Source of the DNA: Tubulanus polymorphus
Taxonomy: Eukaryota; Animalia; Nemertea
DNA length: 64,000 nt
Direction of reading: 5' to 3'
Assembly (NCBI RefSeq): GCF_964204645.1
Contig: NC_134036.1
Span: 372,001 to 436,000 of the forward strand
Shown: positions 52,001-64,000 of the stretch, one piece after another
How the letters are laid out: each line of letters opens with the position of its first letter
Numbering within the stretch: position 1 is the stretch's first letter
Program-made: the position numbers and the translations under genes
The notes under the pieces: model-generated
Told to the model about the DNA's origin: nothing
The model's input: only the letters and a program-made list of their open reading frames with translations
Databases searched by the model: none

Positions 52001-55000
52001 TGAATTTTGTGCAGGACTCATTTCACGCACACGGATACTGAGAATGGTTTGATACAGTTCGGTATCGGAGATGTATTCCACGTTACTGATACATTACACA
52101 ACGGAGTTGTCGGCTCGTGGCAGGCTGTGAGAATAGGAGGCAATAATCAGGAAACACAAAAAGGAATCATTCCTAATAAAAACAGGTTCGTCGAAAAAAA
52201 ATGCTATCAAATACCATGATACATCACAGAAAAGATTTTGAAATGATTCCTTGAGCTAGACGTGTTTATTTGACTATATCCTAATTGTCATCTTCAGGAA
52301 TACTGTATTCCTTGAGCTAGTGTAGTTTATTCGACTATCCTGATCTTCAGGAATACTAGTGTTAAAGCAAAATAAGAGATTTATATGCAATCCAGAATAT
52401 AAAGAGACAAATTAGATAATTAAATATGATACAACCTTGGCCTGATATACAGCATAAGCATGTTCTCAACTGAAGTTGGATGGTTAGATTGATAAACTAT
52501 GTTTGAATTGTTTTTCTAGAGCGGAACAGTTGGCTCTTGCTCAACGTCAGAAAGCAAGTACGACCGAGGATAGCAAAGAGACTCAACCGAAACGCGGATT
52601 TTTCTTCAGAAGGAAGAGTGCCAGACGTACTAAGTCGTTGAGTAAAGAGCACTGGGAAGAGTTGATATTCTGTAAGTATCAGTACAGCGCCATCTAGATT
52701 TAAACTGTGTAATTAACAATGTTAGTAAAAGAGTGTTGTTGTAATTTTTGTGATTTAGCTAAATTCAATGGTGAGTTAGTGAACGCAGCCTTTCTCCTCC
52801 CTCCCTCCTCTATCTATATAGAGTTGCACTGCATGATATATCTTGAAGCTACGAACAAAATATGTATCAAATCATCTATTTCTGTAAAATATTTATCAAT
52901 ATTTCTTTCCTCTGGAGTGCTAGAGGGGATCAGTCTGTCTGGAGTGGTACTTAACTATCAGGGAGATCAGTCTGTCTAGAGTGCTTCTATCAGAGCTCAG
53001 TCTATCTGAAGTGCTAATATTAGGGGAACAGTCTATCTGAAGTGCTACTATTAGGGGAACAGTCTATCATGTAATATATTTCACCACTGTACTAGCTGCC
53101 TGTCTTACTAGCTACATTTCAGAACCTATCATCAAATATAGTTGATTCAATGCTCAAATATTCCAAAAACTTAATCACTTTCATTTAAAGACTACAATAC
53201 ATTCTGAACCTTGTGAATATTTATGTTGAATATTTTCTACTCTATTTTCAGCGAATCCAGTCTCGAAATTCCCTGCATATGAAAGAGTTTTATTACGACA
53301 AGGTATTGAATCTCACTGTCGCTAAAACCGTATGAAAAACTTCAAAATTAATTTCTCGAATAAAACAACTTGATCGCTGTTTCTAATTTTAGCGAATTTC
53401 GTGCGACCCGTTGTGATTTACGGAGCTATTGCCGATGTTGCCAGGGAACGATTATTAAAAACAAGTCCTAAATATATGTCTCCACGTAAGTGTTCACTGA
53501 TCACATTTGAATAATGAAAGGGTTTGCTGCAAAATAACAGAAACTGATGATGATGAATTCTAATGAACTGTTTATACTCGGTATTTCAGAAGCTGATCAG
53601 CAGGGTAATAACCCGGGTATCATAAAGCTAGGTTCCATTCGTGAGATAATGGACCTCGATCGTCACGCGTTACTAGACGTTACCCCTAACGCCGTGGATC
53701 GATTAAACTACGCCGGTTACTACCCGATCGTCGTTTATCTGAAGGCAGACGGAAAAAATATGATTAAAGAATTGAGGCATAAATTCGTGAAGGGTTCGCC
53801 GAAAAGTTCGAAGAAACTTTATGAGCAGTCGGTCAGATTGGAACAGGTTTACGGTCATTTATTTACTGGTAAGTTATATTGCTGGATCTGGTTCCAAAGT
53901 GTTGAGTGAACTCTCAAGTTAAATGATTCCAAATGATTAAAAAATGATTTTTAAAAATTTAATCAAGTTAAATGATTTTCAACGAGTTAACTCTTAACTT
54001 ACAAGGAACTGCATCATTGTTCCACAGACTGACTAAGATAAATCACAAAGTGTTCCATAGGAAAATTTGCAAATTATTGAGATATTTATTTTCTGTAGTT
54101 TAAATTCATCCCATTCTTGATTTAGAATTTCTTAAAAATTTTGTATTTTGTCATGAATTTCTAGGTGTTATTCCTTTGACTTCAACGAACGACGACTGGT
54201 TTGAAAAAGTGAAACAACTGATTGAAAACAGTCAAGGTCAGGCGATTTGGATGTCGGAAGACGATCAAATGGACGCGGCCAATCAGGATGACTTCCTGTT
54301 CCCGATGTCGACTACCGATCGTCATAGTTACGCGTCGTCGCCGGAGTCTGAGCTGGAATCTGCTGCGGCGTTGACGCTAAGACATCACAGCACGGCGACG
54401 CCCGGATCACCTCAATATCCGGCTTACGAGAGGAAGAAAATATCGAGGACAACTTCAGATCCGAGCTTAGCGACGAAAACCGCGGTAGCAAATCATCCAA
54501 TAGCTGATTATAGGAAGGTGCGTTAAACTGACTCTTAGTGGTGCCATCTGGTTGTATTTACCAGTATTCTATTAATAATGATCTGTTCTATTTTGATATT
54601 TATAGAGTGCGTATGAACCTGGTCAGTCGTACCCGTCGTCTCAAACACACCCGGCGTATTACGAACCCAACAATGATGACGTCTTCCAACGCGATCCGGC
54701 GAACGCGTTGCCTGGCGACCGGTATTACAACAATACGCAGTTCACACACCGCAGTTTACCTCGCGATGCGCGAGCTCAAATAGATCCGTACGCAACACTG
54801 ACACCTAGTGAGCGTTTACGGTACCAACAACAGACTAATGGTCAAGGTAAGGGAAGAATGAAAGATGGATGAATATTCTTATGAATTTCATCAAATTGTG
54901 ATATTTCTAATTCCGTGTCTGTTATTATTTTAGTTGATCCATATGGAATGACGTATCAACCTCCAGTTCCACCTAAACCTCAAATATCTTACAATTCATC

Positions 55001-58000
55001 TGCAGCAGCGGTATATCGTGTAGAGGGGCCCTCTAGCGGTGACTGGGAACAACGCACATTCGAAAATAAGGTAGGACATGTTTTCTCTATCAGAATGCGA
55101 CGAACAAGATGTTCATCAAAAAAAAAAAATTTCAATTTATTTCATATTTTGCATGATAAAGAAAGTAAGCATGAACACAGTAAACAATGGTTTGGAACTA
55201 TGAAACAGTAAACTCAGTATTTTCATCCTCAAAACCATGAAACTGATTTACGAAGATAGATATAATAGGGCATACAAGCATATTTTGATGATAGTTCTAC
55301 CTTGTGCAAGTCTTATTCGTGACACATATTTGGCTGGTGACGACCTACGTTTGATAACTGCTCAGGGGCCGGTTCCATAGTCAAGACTTAAGACCAAAAG
55401 TGGTCTTAAATCTTAAGAATGATCTTAAGTTGTTAGATTGGCTATAGAACTAAGTTTGTCTTAGACCGGTCTTAAGTCTATGGAACCGGACCCAGTAGTG
55501 TACTGTGTTCAGTTTATTTCTGCATGATTTCCTCAAACTGAGGCGTTTTTATTTAATTTTCGATTCTAGATGAACGCTGAAACTCACAGTTCCAGCAGCG
55601 ATTCTTACTCTAAATACACGTCGAACCCTGCGAATAAACACGATGATTCGAAACTACGCGAGAAATTCGGCATGATTCCCGGAATTCCACCACCTCCTCC
55701 GAATCGTAACACGTCATCGGGGGATGCGTATAAATACACTCGTAGTACGGCTAATCCGTATAACCGCGTAAATCGGTCGAACGTCGATAAAGCGAAGTTG
55801 AACGATTTGAGTCGGCCGTTGGTCGCGCCGAAACCGGCTTCGAGATCGAAGTCTGAATCGACTCTCGATCCGGTTCGACCGGACCCATCTTTAAAACCGT
55901 TCTTAACGGCGCCGTCGATGTTTCCGGACGACGATTCTAAATTAAAACAGCGCAGTATGCCTGACATCGATAGATACAACGCGATGAGATATACAGAGCC
56001 ACCTGGTGGTCATACAGCCAGGTAAGATTCATTCGACTTCACGCATTATTTCACAATTTCTAAATGAAGGAAGTCAATTTGAATGACATTGATGTGTTTT
56101 ACCTATTTGTAGACAAGATGATAGTGGAAGGTCCTATGATAATGACTCCTATATGGACCCTTACAATCGGCAAATCTCCAGAGCCAGGTAATTATTCGAC
56201 TATTCAATGTTTGTAGATGTGGTCTGTTCTGTTCTGTTCTGTCTTCTAATATCAGTGTAAATGTGAACTTTAGGGCTCGCAGCGCCGGAGAGACGACCTC
56301 TGATACGCATCAAGGTCGTATACGCCATAGTTTCGGTTCGCATCAACCCGCCACCAGGGCGGCGTTGTACGGTGATAATAGGCGTCATAGTTACTCGAAT
56401 AGGTACCTGACTCTAACAGTAGTTTAGTCTGCTATGGGAAATAATATTTATGATATATCAACCCTTGAAAAGCTTTAGAAACTAAAACTCATTATACTCT
56501 ACTCTAATGACTAGCTATGATATATTTCTGTAATACAATATTCTTTCTGAGTTGGTGCTGAATATTGGCATACCCCTGTATCATACTATCTCACTGTACG
56601 CTTTTAGTATTAACCTTTGCATAATTCTGGGTTAGAGATGCAAACTTTCATTTGCTAGTTCCACTCCAGGTCAACAGCATTTTTCTAAGCTAACCTGGGG
56701 CCAGTTACTCAAAGGTTTGTTTGGTGGACAAATACCATGGTTATGATGTGAATTCATTTGTCACTATGTCAACTATCCACTGGTTAACTCTAACTAACTT
56801 CTTTTGGTTAAATCTGCAGCCTCTGACCATTAAACCCATATCTATTATGTCTACAAGACACATCTTTGTAGATTAAGAAAAATTATTTCTAAAACTATTT
56901 AATCAAAAGGAAATTAATACTCTACAATGATTCGAATTTTGACTATAACCATGTTTATCATTTGTTCAGGTCTGCGTCACGAGAACGTTTACCAATAGAT
57001 GGCGCTCCGCCTAAACCGGTATCGCATCACGATATGAAGGATATGGATGATCTGAATGGACAGACGGTGGTCGCGACGGCTCAGGGCATGTTCGATTATA
57101 ACGGAGGGGTCCTCGAATCTAGAGAAACTGGTAAGATTTATATACTTCACCTAAATTCTGAAATTGTTCATTGATTTGACGAGAATGATTTAGTATGGTA
57201 TTGTTGTTATTTTGTAGGAGTCAGTATTCACATACCTAAAGGTGCTATACCACGCGGTGTAAATCAAGAGGTTTACTTTAAAGTTTGTCAGGATAATAAC
57301 ATTTTACCTCCACTCGATAAAACTAAAGGTATGAATTACATTAATTTCAACGATTGATTTATCAATTAAAAATCGGATCATAACTTCATTCGTAAATTAT
57401 CTACAAACCCATGAAGAGGGAGTGTACAAAAAATCGTCCACTTCTTCCTACATTGGAACCATGTTACAGCAAACTTCAAGGGACCAGAAAATCCCAGTTT
57501 CACAAAAAAGTTTGATTCAAATTTCTGATGTAATCGCCATTGATTACTTCGTATTTTCAATGAGGACAACAATTAATAACCGTTTTAGGCTTAAATTTTT
57601 TTCGTGAGACTGGTTCGTTATAACCAATAATATCAAATTTTTCTTATTTTGGACGAAATTCTATACTTGTTGTATCCGATGAACCGTTGTATCTGAGTTC
57701 GTTATAACAAGGTTCCACTGTATTAACTTATTGGTTGGTATTCCTTAATTCATGCGGGTTAACAAAATCTGCAGCAACCTTACCATAAAACTCAAATCTA
57801 TTTTATTTAATTCCTATGACCATGCCTACTTAATCGATGACCCCTACCTTTCTATCTTTAATCATATCTTCCTTTATTTTCAGGTGAAACCCTTTTGAGT
57901 CCGCTCGTGATGTGTGGTCCGCACGGACTGCAATTCAAACAGCCCGTAGAGTTAAGGTTACCGCATTGCGCCTCGATGAATCCCGACAGTTGGTCATTTT

Positions 58001-58131
58001 CCCTGAAATCAAGCGACTCACCGACCGGTCAACCGACGCACTGGAAAAACATGACCCTCGCCGGTATCGACGGCGTAGCTCAAGGTCGCGTGGAGAAAAA
58101 CAGCGTCGTCGTAATGGTCGATCATTTTTGA
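49023..58131 (+). CDS. TJP1: Tight junction protein ZO-1 / polychaetoid-like MAGUK, constant exons (PDZ1-PDZ2-PDZ3-SH3-GuK-Pro-rich-ZU5)
   Basis: Exons: 49023-49198, 49477-49579, 49660-49747, 50046-50306, 50433-50648, 50729-50873, 51466-51619, 51779-51933, 52015-52185, 52520-52671, 53252-53302, 53393-53485, 53590-53868, 54165-54517, 54606-54846, 54934-55070, 55570-56021, 56113-56187, 56274-56402, 56970-57130, 57218-57328, 57884-58131. PDZ1 [25 protein letters not shown]; PDZ3 [13 protein letters not shown]; SH3 [13 protein letters not shown]; Gu[17 protein letters not shown]; ZU5 [12 protein letters not shown]; C-terminus VMVDHF*. Confidence 0.94.
52912..53068. repeat. Degenerate roughly 30-bp tandem repeat (gtgct..tattaggggaacagtctatctgaa)
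   Basis: About 5 imperfect units in a ZO-1 intron. Confidence 0.7.
55366..55492. mobile_element. MITE family A copy with intact TIRs and a CAG target-site duplication
   Basis: cag|gggccggttccatag...ctatggaaccggacc|cag. Confidence 0.8.
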
Positions 58132-59369
58132 AACTCGACCGATGATAATGTGATGCATTTATCGCCAAATTTAAAAAGAGGATAGAATTTGGATAAAGTG
58201 ACTGATAAGATTTGACAATTGGGAAAAACTTTGAGATCATGAAACCAAAATAAACGTGTAAAAAATGTGTACGATGAACTATAAATAGCCCTTTACTGTA
58301 CATAGTTTACAGGTGAACCCTGAAAATGGAGGGATCTGTAATCAGTTTATGTATAAGATTTTTTCTACTTGTTAAATCTAAATTCCGAGTCTTACTTATT
58401 ATTGTTATTCCATTTGAAAATAAAAAACATATCAACTTCTATTTATTAGGAATTCTATCTGGTTGAAGTGAAGCATTTATTGATTAATTTCAATAAACTT
58501 AGAGACTTCAAATGATATAGAATTCATACCTAATTAAAAGTGATTTAATTCTGGTCTCTCTTTGTGTTTTGTAATATTTCAGTTGAAATGTATATTATTA
58601 ATATATAATTATTTAAGCTAATAATAAAGTTATCAATTAATATTAAATTTGAGTTTAATTTGTACTGGTTTCGTCCCCTCAGAAGTGATCAGTAGACAAC
58701 AGTCTGTATTTCTAAAATAAATAGAACTTTTTTATTCAACAAAAACAAAAGAAACAGAACACGCAAAAAGACATTTAACATTTTGTACTCAAACAATCTG
58801 CATAAGGTATTTCCTTATCATAGAACTCATTTACAGAATGTTTTTACCTGGAACTCTTGAAAAACAGTTAACTTTAAAACAGTAATATTCAAATAATATA
58901 ATCTCTTGAGATTGATTGCACAAATTGATACTAGATACACAGTCTGCATACAGTATTTTGTATTAACTTAACAATAGTAAAGACACTTTTAACAGAATGT
59001 ATTCTCTTAAATTGTGATAAACCACTTTATATAATATGTGATGAATAACATTAACAGTGATAATAATATTGCATAATAGAGATTAAACACAATCAAATAT
59101 AAAGTAAAACTATCATTTGAATAATCGCTCTCTCTTGAAGAAAAAAATTACTTGTTCAAAATGATACATAGAGCCTCAATGGATACTCGGGGGCAACTCC
59201 TATATAATAGATGAAATCTTTAAACTACATATGAAAACTTCAACTGAAAATATATGTTGATTGCACAAGATTGTAGGAGACCACGAACAAATTAACAATA
59301 ACAATTACGAGGAGAAAGGGAGAGATTGACACTATATAACAATACTTCATGAAATAACAGTTATTGAAG

Positions 59370-62300
59370 TTACACAGAATGTTTGGTTTTTTTATGGTAA
59401 TATAGACCAGCGCGTTGAGTGAATGATTGATCACATAAATCACAATGATATGGCTTTTCACCACTGTGCAGTTTCATATGTGTCTGTAGATTACTACTCC
59501 GAGTAAATCTCATACCGCATATACTACATACATATGGCTTTTCGCCTGTGTGTATTCTCATATGTGTCTGAAGATTACCGCTATCGTTGTATGATTTATC
59601 ACATATTGAACATCTATATGGCTTCTCTCCACTGTGAATTCTAAAGTGTCTCTTTAAATTACCATTGTGAGTGAAAGTTTTTCCACATACATTACACTCA
59701 AACTGTTTTATCCCTGTATGGACACTAATGTGTGTCTGTAAATTACCATTGTGAGTGAAAGTTTTTCCACATACATTACACTCAAACTGTTTTATCCCTG
59801 TATGGACACTAATGTGTCTTCTCAGATCGGCGGCTCTACTAAATGTCTTACTACAAACTCCACATGTTTTTTGTTGTTCATCAGTTTTTTGCAGTTTAAT
59901 GTAAATTTGATCGGCTACTTTACGAACCTCGGCGGGGTCGGCGTCCGGGTGTTTCCGACGGATGTGTTCCATCAGTGTATTGGCCGTACTCAACGCTGGC
60001 CAGATGCAAAACGGACAACGATATTTATCGGCTAGAAAAAGAAAAACATCAATTTAGACTCTTTATTTGAGGCAAAATTGAGAAAATTGGATGAATTAAT
60101 TGGTACCTTGAACCGGTGAAATGTTGAGTGTCGAAGATTTGATTTCGCCGAGCGGTTTAATTTCCATATTCTTGGGTCGATTTTTCGAGATGATTTTCAT
60201 CGTTGTTTTCACGGTTTTATCGCGTGACGATTTCCCCCAAGCTTTCGATTTACAGTCGATACCGATTTCCTTCGCGTAATCTTCGCCGTACCAAACCAAC
60301 AGTTCACGACCTTTAAAACAATTTCATACGAAAAATGATTCTTTTCGATCTTAAAATGATAATGTTATCTATTTTAATGGTATAGATAGAATCTAATGAT
60401 TCTAGCTGATGACGAAATGGCAGATTATCGCGAAGAAACTTTTCCTACCGGGATTAATGTGTTTGATAGTTCTATAGTAGATTTCTCCGTTATATTGAAA
60501 CGCTTCTAGATTCTGTTCTTCCTCGTTTCGCGCGCAATTCACAAATCTCATCCAGTTTGATAAACTCACGTCACTGGCATCGATGAAATGATGTGGTTTA
60601 CCGTCTCGACAAATCTGTAAAATAACGAGGTAAAACTGCGCATGAATCACGAGAGACAAGTAAGATGTAAATCCCACAATCACGAGATCGAAAAAGTTAT
60701 TTAAAAGATTTTTTTCGAAATTTTTTGAAAACCCAAAATTTCGGAAACCCAAATTTTCGGTTTGATGCTAAAAACCATTTTCAAGGAATGAACTTGGGAT
60801 TTACATTTTAAATCTGTAAAATACAAATTCAAAATTCTCACCTAAGTTCAGTAAACCCTGCACATCATTGAGACCAATGAAAATAATCCATGTCAACAAA
60901 ACCCACTCAATAATCTGGTAAACTATTTGAAATCATGGATCTTGATTTTACTTACGAGCCAGGCGTAACCAGATTTATGAACCTCCATTTCGTCGTAGCG
61001 TGATCGCAGTTCTCCTTCGTACGGTCCGAATCTAAGACCAGTTAACAGCAGTTTATCGGTAAACACACCTCTTCCAGCTCGCGGTATTTTCGATTTCTTC
61101 ACCATTAAACCGTCGGGTACCGTCTCAAACGCTCTATCGGGTTTTCCCTTCGGCACCTGTGAAATAAATTCAATCTCTTCTTCATTTCTTGTTTCTATTT
61201 TCAAATGATTTTGAAAAATCTCTTCATACAAATTACTTTCGAGTCGTTGATTATGATGAATTTTCCGTGTTCCTCGCAACCATCCAGATATTCTTGATTA
61301 CAAATTTCACAAACTAAAAAATATTCCACAAATGAACAATATGACGCTGGGATCAGGGAGATCAAAGGGGTTGATCTCTGAACACTTACATATAAACTTG
61401 TCATCCTCGGGCATTTCTAGTTCGGAATAATTTTTGCGCGCGATGTTACGTTGCGGCCGGTTTGATATTGGTTCCGTCTCATACAGTTCACAAAGGGGAA
61501 GCTGAAAATAAATTTGGTTACAATTCAATTGACTCCATACCCAAACTAGATGCCGTATTAGATATAAAACTCACTTGAACTCTGGGTCGTTTAGTCTGAG
61601 GTGCCGGTTTATGTTGCCCTAGAATTGAAGACAATCCCATTAATAATCCCTTCAGATATTGCAGTAGTCACGAGGTGTCTATTTTGCTCTTACTGGGCGG
61701 CACGAGGGGTTTGAAAATGTTAGCCATCGGTTCTGGTTTAGGCTTCGCGTTCCACTCCTTGTCGGGATCATCTTCTTCGTCGTCTTCTTCGACAGTTCTT
61801 CTTTTTTCTTTCTTGTAACGTTTCAGCATGAAATCAGGTTTTCTGGCCGGAATTCCTGGAATCATATTTAGAATTCATTTTAAAAGTTATTTATGGCCCG
61901 TATCCAAGCCTTGCAACTAGACCAGTTTGAATAGATTCATTTAAATCTAGACAATTTTCTTAAAGAGTTTGGGGTATCCTTCACTGATGAGTAGGATCAC
62001 AGCTTATAGAGCACTGAGACTGGAGACTGTCGACACCATTTCTAGAACTGCATGAAGGAACTTGAGTCGACTCAATATCAACTCTGGCCAGTCAGCTTTT
62101 CATCTTTTGATCTTAAAATAGGGATTGACCCTGTGATTTATTTGATTGGTAAATTTCGTTTGATTTTTTGATTTGGTGTCCCTTACAAACCCACCACACC
62201 TGCCGGGAAAGAAACAGGGGGTTTGATTTTGAAATCGGAAATCGAAGTACAAATATAGTTGTGTGATCGGCGGTCGAGTTCACAGAATTTTTTGTTTAAA

Positions 62301-63677
62301 TCGAAGTACATAATTTGAAATTTTCGGTTCCGGTTCATTCTAACAATCTTAGCCACTGGACATAGGGCACAAGCCAACTCAATTAGTTTGTCTCAGTGAC
62401 TGGACACAAGGCACAAGCCAGCTCAATTAGTTAGTCTCAGTGGCTGGACACAAGGCACAAGCCAGCTCAATTAGTTTGTCTCAGTGACTGGACACAGGAC
62501 ACAAGCCAGCTCAATTAGTTTGTCTCAGTGACTGGACACAAGGCACAAGCCAGCTCAATTAGTTAGTCTCAGTGGCTGGACACAAGGCACAAGCCAGCTC
62601 AATTAGTTTGTCTCAGTGACTGGACACAGGACACAAGCCAGCTCAATTAGTTTGTCTCAGTGACTGGAGACAGGGGCACAAGCCACCTCAATGAGTTTGT
62701 CTCAGTGACTGGGCACAGGGCACAAGCCACATCAATTAGTTTGTCTCAGTGGCTGGACACAGGTCACAAGCCACCTCAATTAGTTTGTCTCAGTCACTGG
62801 ACACAGGGGACAAGCTAGCTCAATTAGTTTGTCTCAGTGGCTGGACACAGGGCACAAGCCAGCTCAATTAGTTTGTCTCAGTGGCTGGACACAAGGCACA
62901 AGCCACTTCAATGAGTTTGTCTCAGTGACTGGAGACAGGGGCACAAGCCTCCTCAATTATTTTGTCTCAGTGACTGGACACAGGGCACAAGCCACTTCAA
63001 TTAGTTTGTCTCAGTGACTGGACACAGGTCACAAGCCACCTCAATTAGTTTGTCTCAGTGACTGGACACAGGGGCACAAGCCACCTCAATTACTTTGTCT
63101 CAGTGACTGGGCACAGGGCACAAGCCACCTCAATTAGTTTGTCTCAGTGACTGGACATAAGGCACAAGCCACCTCAATGAGTTTGTCTCAGTGACTGGGC
63201 ACAGGGCACAAGCCACATCAATTAGTTTGTCTCAGTGGCTGGACACAGGTCACAAGCCACCTCAATTAGTTTGTCTCAGTGACTGGGCACAGGGCACAAG
63301 CCAGCTCAATTAGTTTGTCTCAGTAATCATGGGTTGAGCTTCACTGAAATAAGAACATTAGTCAGAACGACACAAGGACTATAGAGCCTGATGGATGCTT
63401 CAAGAACTGTGTGAACTGCACATCCCCTGCTATAGTGATAAAACATTGATGAGGAATTGTTTGCATTGTCGTTACCTAAACATTTCAGCATTTCATAATT
63501 CCGACGAACGTTTCCCAAATGAAGTCTTTCGTACGCGCCGATTTTCTTCCATTCGGTTTCCGTGAAAAATTCCTCGATCGTCAAATTTTCCACTTCCTCT
63601 AACTTTGCTTTATCGACCCCTGGGAAACCGTCAATCGTCTCTCCCGAACCACTACCGGCGCTACTGATATCGGCGCG
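59370..63677 (-). CDS. PRDM9: PRDM9-like histone methyltransferase (KRAB-SSXRD-Zn knuckle-PR/SET-proximal ZF-6x C2H2 array); start codon not located, probably beyond the window
   Basis: Exons (minus strand): 63476-63677 (KRAB: IEEFFTETEWKKIGAYERLHLGNVRRNYEML), 61694-61855 (GIPARKPDFM...DDPDKEW), 61575-61618, 61390-61501 (SSXRD: RPQRNIARKNYSELEMPEDDKF), 61237-61313 (CEIC...CEEH knuckle), 60956-61156 (FGPYEG), 60449-60614 (NWMRFVNCARNEEEQNL...IYYRT), 60107-60310 (ELLVWYGEDY), 59370-60031 (CPFC..H..H plus six tandem C2H2 fingers). All junctions are phase-compatible. Confidence 0.9.
62354..63325. repeat. 44-bp minisatellite, about 22 copies, in the PRDM9 intron between the KRAB exons
   Basis: Unit gtctcagtgactggacacagggcacaagccagctcaattagttt; no unique spacers. 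Confidence 0.97.
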
Positions 63678-64000
63678 CTAAAAAATAATGAGAAAATATA
63701 CTTGTAAAGGGAGAAAAAGATTTACTTCTCACAAACACCAATGTTCCCAGGGTTGCACATATCCTTATGCAAATGTTATTGTTTTATCCAACTGCCTTTC
63801 TTGGGTTTCTTGCCTCGGCCCCCCCAGGGGTTGTTTTGCTCATTTTTTTGGGATGCAATTCTACTCGTTTCTATCATCTATTTTCAGGTTTTTCAATGTT
63901 TACTTTTCTAAGTACACAACGTACATTAATTTGGAAATATCGAGCAGTTCCAAAACGCTCAGAATCCATGAGAAAAGAGACCAATTTTTCTTGAAAACTT

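Noticed and set aside
60540-60556. NWMRFVNC instead of NWMRYVNC as possible PRDM9 inactivation
   Set aside because: This position (human Y318) is not one of the three catalytic tyrosines, and F is common here in PR domains.
62354-63325. CRISPR-like appearance of the regular repeat array
   Set aside because: Units are head-to-tail with no unique spacers, it lies in a eukaryotic intron, and there are no cas genes. It is a minisatellite.

Overview
Intron-rich animal (invertebrate, probably lophotrochozoan-type; taxon not determinable here) genomic DNA with CpG-rich exons and AT-rich, MITE-laden introns. Gene order: 3' half of axonemal dynein heavy chain DNAH6 (+, to 22522), with an intronless GT31/beta-1,3-galactosyltransferase-like gene nested antisense in its 6.1-kb intron; complete MCCC2 (-, 23530-27707); a ZO-1/TJP1 gene (+, constant exons 49023-58131) preceded by about 20 kb holding several candidate alternative first coding exons, all ending in phase 0; and a PRDM9-like gene (-, 59370 to beyond 63677) with KRAB, SSXRD, Zn knuckle, PR/SET with the three catalytic tyrosines, and a C2H2 array. 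Most interesting: (1) the complete PRDM9 architecture in an invertebrate, with a recent finger duplication and a CpG-depleted array; (2) the variable-N-terminus organisation of ZO-1 with dense CTCF-type motifs, including a 3x tandem CTCF-motif repeat inside a coding exon; (3) the nested GT31 gene lacking its DxD and other catalytic motifs; (4) minimal Penelope-type hammerhead ribozyme motifs in dispersed repeats. Exon boundaries were read by eye from GT/AG sites and reading-frame continuity, and no database search was run.
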